In this document: in pieces, positions 61,982 through 64,000 of the stretch | Position numbering within the stretch: position 1 is the stretch's first letter | Layout: each line of letters starts with the position of its first letter | Source: a virus | Direction: 5' to 3' (one strand) | IMG/VR virus record: IMGVR_UViG_3300045988_150026 | Coordinates: 1-64,000 of that record | DNA: 64,000 bases | The notes under the pieces: generated by a model | The model's input: only the letters and a program-made list of their open reading frames with translations | The model's database searches: none | Told to the model about the DNA's origin: nothing | Made by a program: the position numbers and the translations under genes

Positions 61982-62841
61982 TGAAAAAAGGATTATTTAT
62001 TGGAATCATTGCAGTCGTAGCTGTAGTTGGAGGAATTTTTACAATCAAATCTTGTAAATTGATTGATACAGGAAAGGTTGGAATTGTTTATAGCTACAAA
62101 GGTGGAGTAGAAGATAAGGTATTACAGCCAGGATTAAACTTCATTTCACCAATTAAGAAAGTAAAACAGTTCTCAACAAGCAATGAGATTCTGGTTTTAT
62201 CAAAAGACAAGCGTGATGGAAGTGAGGATGACGATTCATTCAAAGTTGCAACGTCAGATGATGCAAGTATTGCATTGAGTTTTCAGATGTCTTACAGATA
62301 TGATCCAGATACAGTCATTGACACATACAAGAAATTCCGTGGAATGGACGGAGATGATATTGTAGAAAGTCGTGTAAAAACAGTTCTCAAATCAAAGATT
62401 TCTGAAGTCACAACAAATTATTCTATGATGGATATCTATTCCGGTAACAGATCAGCAATCAACAAAGAAATTACGGATGCTCTGAATACAGAATTCCATG
62501 AAAAATATGGTATCGAAGTTCTTGATGCTTCTATTATTGATGTTCATCCAGACAAAAAACTGAAAGAATCTATTGATAATCGTGTAAAAGCACTTCAGGA
62601 AAAGCAACAGGCAGAAGCAGAACAGCAGAAAATTCAGGTTCAGAAAGAGACTGAAAAGATGCAAGCTGAAGCAGATGCACAGATTGAGATTACGAAAGCA
62701 AAGGCTGAAGCTGAGTCGAACAAAATTGTCAGTGAATCAATCACTGATGAGCTTATCAGAATGAAAGAGGCAGAAGCAAGAAACAAATTCGGATGGGTTA
62801 CTGTTCAGGGAGCAGACACGGTTGTAACAGGCAATAAGTAA
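61981..62841 (+). CDS. SPFH / band-7 (prohibitin-like) membrane protein
   Basis: 286 aa. N-terminal transmembrane helix, then GKVGIVYSYKGGVEDKVLQPGLNFISPI and a Q/E/A-rich coiled coil typical of SPFH proteins. Confidence 0.75.
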   Translation: MKKGLFIGIIAVVAVVGGIFTIKSCKLIDTGKVGIVYSYKGGVEDKVLQPGLNFISPIKKVKQFSTSNEILVLSKDKRDGSEDDDSFKVATSDDASIALSFQMSYRYDPDTVIDTYKKFRGMDGDDIVESRVKTVLKSKISEVTTNYSMMDIYSGNRSAINKEITDALNTEFHEKYGIEVLDASIIDVHPDKKLKESIDNRVKALQEKQQAEAEQQKIQVQKETEKMQAEADAQIEITKAKAEAESNKIVSESITDELIRMKEAEARNKFGWVTVQGADTVVTGNK

Positions 62842-62870
62842 TCCATACATATAAAATAATATACATTTAA

Positions 62871-62905
62871 CTTTGCGTAGTGTCACAGCTACGCAGAGTA
62901 TTTTA
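62871..62905 (+). terminator. rho-independent terminator
   Basis: CTTTGCGTAG pairs with CTACGCAGAG, followed by TATTTTA. Confidence 0.65.
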
Positions 62906-62929
62906 AAAATATGATTGGAGAATATGTAC

Positions 62930-63148
62930 ATGGGAAAGAGGTTTAGATGGATTGATGCAATTAGAACAATGAGTATTGAGGAACTTGCGTCATATCTCAT
63001 AAAAGAGGACTTTACATTCAAGGACGGAATTTATTGGAAATCCCCAAGTGGAGAAAAATTTGATTATTACGATCTTGCTTTAGAAGATTGTATTAAATGG
63101 TTGAATTCTAAATATGACGGGAAGGAGAAATTTAATGGGATGGTATGA
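62930..63148 (+). CDS. hypothetical protein
   Basis: 72 aa. TGGAGAA 9 nt before ATG 62930. Confidence 0.5.
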   Translation: MGKRFRWIDAIRTMSIEELASYLIKEDFTFKDGIYWKSPSGEKFDYYDLALEDCIKWLNSKYDGKEKFNGMV

Positions 63149-63506
63149 GGAATACATGTCGAATACATATATAACAAATCTTGAGTCAGTTATAAAAGGT
63201 ATTAAAGAAAAAGATAAGCTAATTGATTTTTTACAAGAAGAGAATAAAAAATTGGAAAACGAACATTACAAAGACAATAAACTGAAAAAATTACAATATA
63301 AGATTGACCAGTTACAGGGTGATTGTAATAGAGGATTTCCGATTAGTTATAACGAGCAAGAAGTAATTGATGAACTTCGTGAAAAACATAAAAAGGTATG
63401 TCCTCGTTGCAGTTTTAAGTATGTGTTCGAACAATTTTCTATTGTGGAATTTGGGTATTTAAAATGCAATGTTTGCGGTGAAGAAATAAAATTTGCAGAA
63501 CGGTGA
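63135..63506 (+). CDS. coiled-coil / zinc-ribbon protein
   Basis: 123 aa. AAGGAGAA RBS. Cysteine pairs CPRC...CNVC. Confidence 0.55.
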   Translation: MGWYEEYMSNTYITNLESVIKGIKEKDKLIDFLQEENKKLENEHYKDNKLKKLQYKIDQLQGDCNRGFPISYNEQEVIDELREKHKKVCPRCSFKYVFEQFSIVEFGYLKCNVCGEEIKFAER

Positions 63507-63520
63507 TGGAGAATAATTAG

Positions 63521-63781
63521 ATGAAGGAACTATTGTTAGAGTATATGGATAGCATTAATGCTGAAGGAATAGACTTTGTTAGTCTTGGTTTTCCGCTTGA
63601 TGGTATTGTTTATAAGTCATACACAAGAGACGACTTTGAAAAGAATGGAATAATCCTTAAAACAAACAGAGTCATATGGAGAATAATCAATGGTGAGAAA
63701 CATTATTATTGTGGCGAGAATGATTCGGGACATGTGACGTGGAAAGATTTAGAAGGTTATAGAAAGGAATTTGCGAAATGA
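63521..63781 (+). CDS. hypothetical protein
   Basis: 86 aa. GGAGAATAA junction. Confidence 0.55.
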   Translation: MKELLLEYMDSINAEGIDFVSLGFPLDGIVYKSYTRDDFEKNGIILKTNRVIWRIINGEKHYYCGENDSGHVTWKDLEGYRKEFAK

Positions 63782-64000
63782 GATTTTCTGAAGCAATCGA
63801 ACATCTTCTTAACGGAGAATATATAAGAAGATCAGAATGGCGTAAAGATTTTTATATCAAACTTGAAGACGATGCAATTGTAGATTGTGATGGATCAGCA
63901 GAAGTGTTCTATAGCAAAGACATTTTTGCTAATGATTGGGAGATATATCAGCCTAAATTAGATGTAGGTACAGTTATTCAACATCATGACGGTACAATCG
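63778..64000 (+). CDS. DUF2829 (Tad2-like) domain protein, 3'-truncated by the window end
   Basis: MRFSEAIEHLLNGEYIRRSEWRKDFYIKL...IFANDWEIY matches the M.F.EA...L..G..v.R..W....yi....l.a.DWei pattern of DUF2829. The ORF continues beyond 64000. Confidence 0.6.
   Translation, partial: MRFSEAIEHLLNGEYIRRSEWRKDFYIKLEDDAIVDCDGSAEVFYSKDIFANDWEIYQPKLDVGTVIQHHDGTI

Noticed and set aside
62751-62775. A second CTGATGAG match, inside the SPFH gene.
   Set aside because: There is no CGAAAC partner, no flanking stems I or III and no GUC site. It is part of a near-palindrome within coding sequence.
519-63021. The many minus-strand ORFs in the six-frame track, for example 2228..2677, 9791..10234, 20942..21364, 25138..25614, 26647..27120, 39806..40249 and 40592..41026.
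   Set aside because: All lie antisense to better-supported + strand genes. They lack RBSs and have low-complexity, Leu/Ile/Phe/Ser-rich translations typical of shadow ORFs in AT-rich DNA. Only 27296..27619 has an RBS, an HTH motif and its own terminator.
1-64000. Genome-wide TAG (or TAA) stop-codon reassignment, as in recoded gut phages.
   Set aside because: Many genes end in TAG and are followed at normal spacing by an RBS and a start codon (for example 10493, 11284, 12625, 16145, 17126, 19674, 20991). TAA is the dominant terminator. The only tRNA-like element has a CGA loop, not CTA, TTA or TCA. The internal stops are treated as local events.
1-64000. CRISPR arrays, rRNA genes, long tandem repeats.
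   Set aside because: I saw no regularly spaced direct repeats of 24 nt or more, and no rRNA-like conserved blocks, on reading the window.

Overview
This window is AT-rich and very gene-dense: about 175 short ORFs, all but one on the + strand. I read it as the non-structural part of a large temperate phage, or a phage-plasmid-like element, of a low-GC Firmicute. I found no capsid, tail, terminase or replisome gene. Recognisable content:

- **Toxin modules:** a HigB/HigA-like pair, an orphan HicA-like toxin and a MazF/PemK-like toxin.
- **ParB-superfamily proteins:** an HTH-ParB-nuclease-like fusion and a DUF262 protein.
- **Lysogeny module:** a tyrosine integrase and the only minus-strand gene, a CI-like XRE repressor. 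Three TTTAC/GTAAA operators face a promoter whose first gene is the MazF-like toxin.
- **Regulators:** two sigma-70-family factors.
- **Other recognisable proteins:** ClpP, PcfJ-like, YopX, a metallophosphoesterase, an SPFH protein and a DUF2829 (Tad2-like) N-terminus cut by the window end.
- **Mobile elements:** two different TnpB-only IS200/IS605-type elements.
- **DNA modification:** two tandem C5 cytosine methyltransferases.
- **RNA repair set:** HNH endonuclease, RNA ligase, a P-loop kinase-HD protein and a separate Thg1-like enzyme.

The strongest non-protein signals, all read by eye:
1. A complete type III hammerhead ribozyme core at 816-869.
2. An intercistronic palindrome, ATGAAA-N6-TTTCA(T/A), in at least 15 copies. 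It usually overlaps the upstream stop codon.
3. Conserved gene-junction cassettes, GGTGGAAGAGATG and GGAGAATAA.
4. A perfect consensus promoter with a flanking inverted repeat, driving a leader of about 340 nt with no convincing ORF.
5. A 106-nt tRNA-like element with a canonical T-arm.
6. Several small ORFs interrupted by in-frame TAG or TAA codons or by a frameshift.

All family calls rest on remembered motifs. No database search or folding program was run. Start codons were chosen by RBS inspection.
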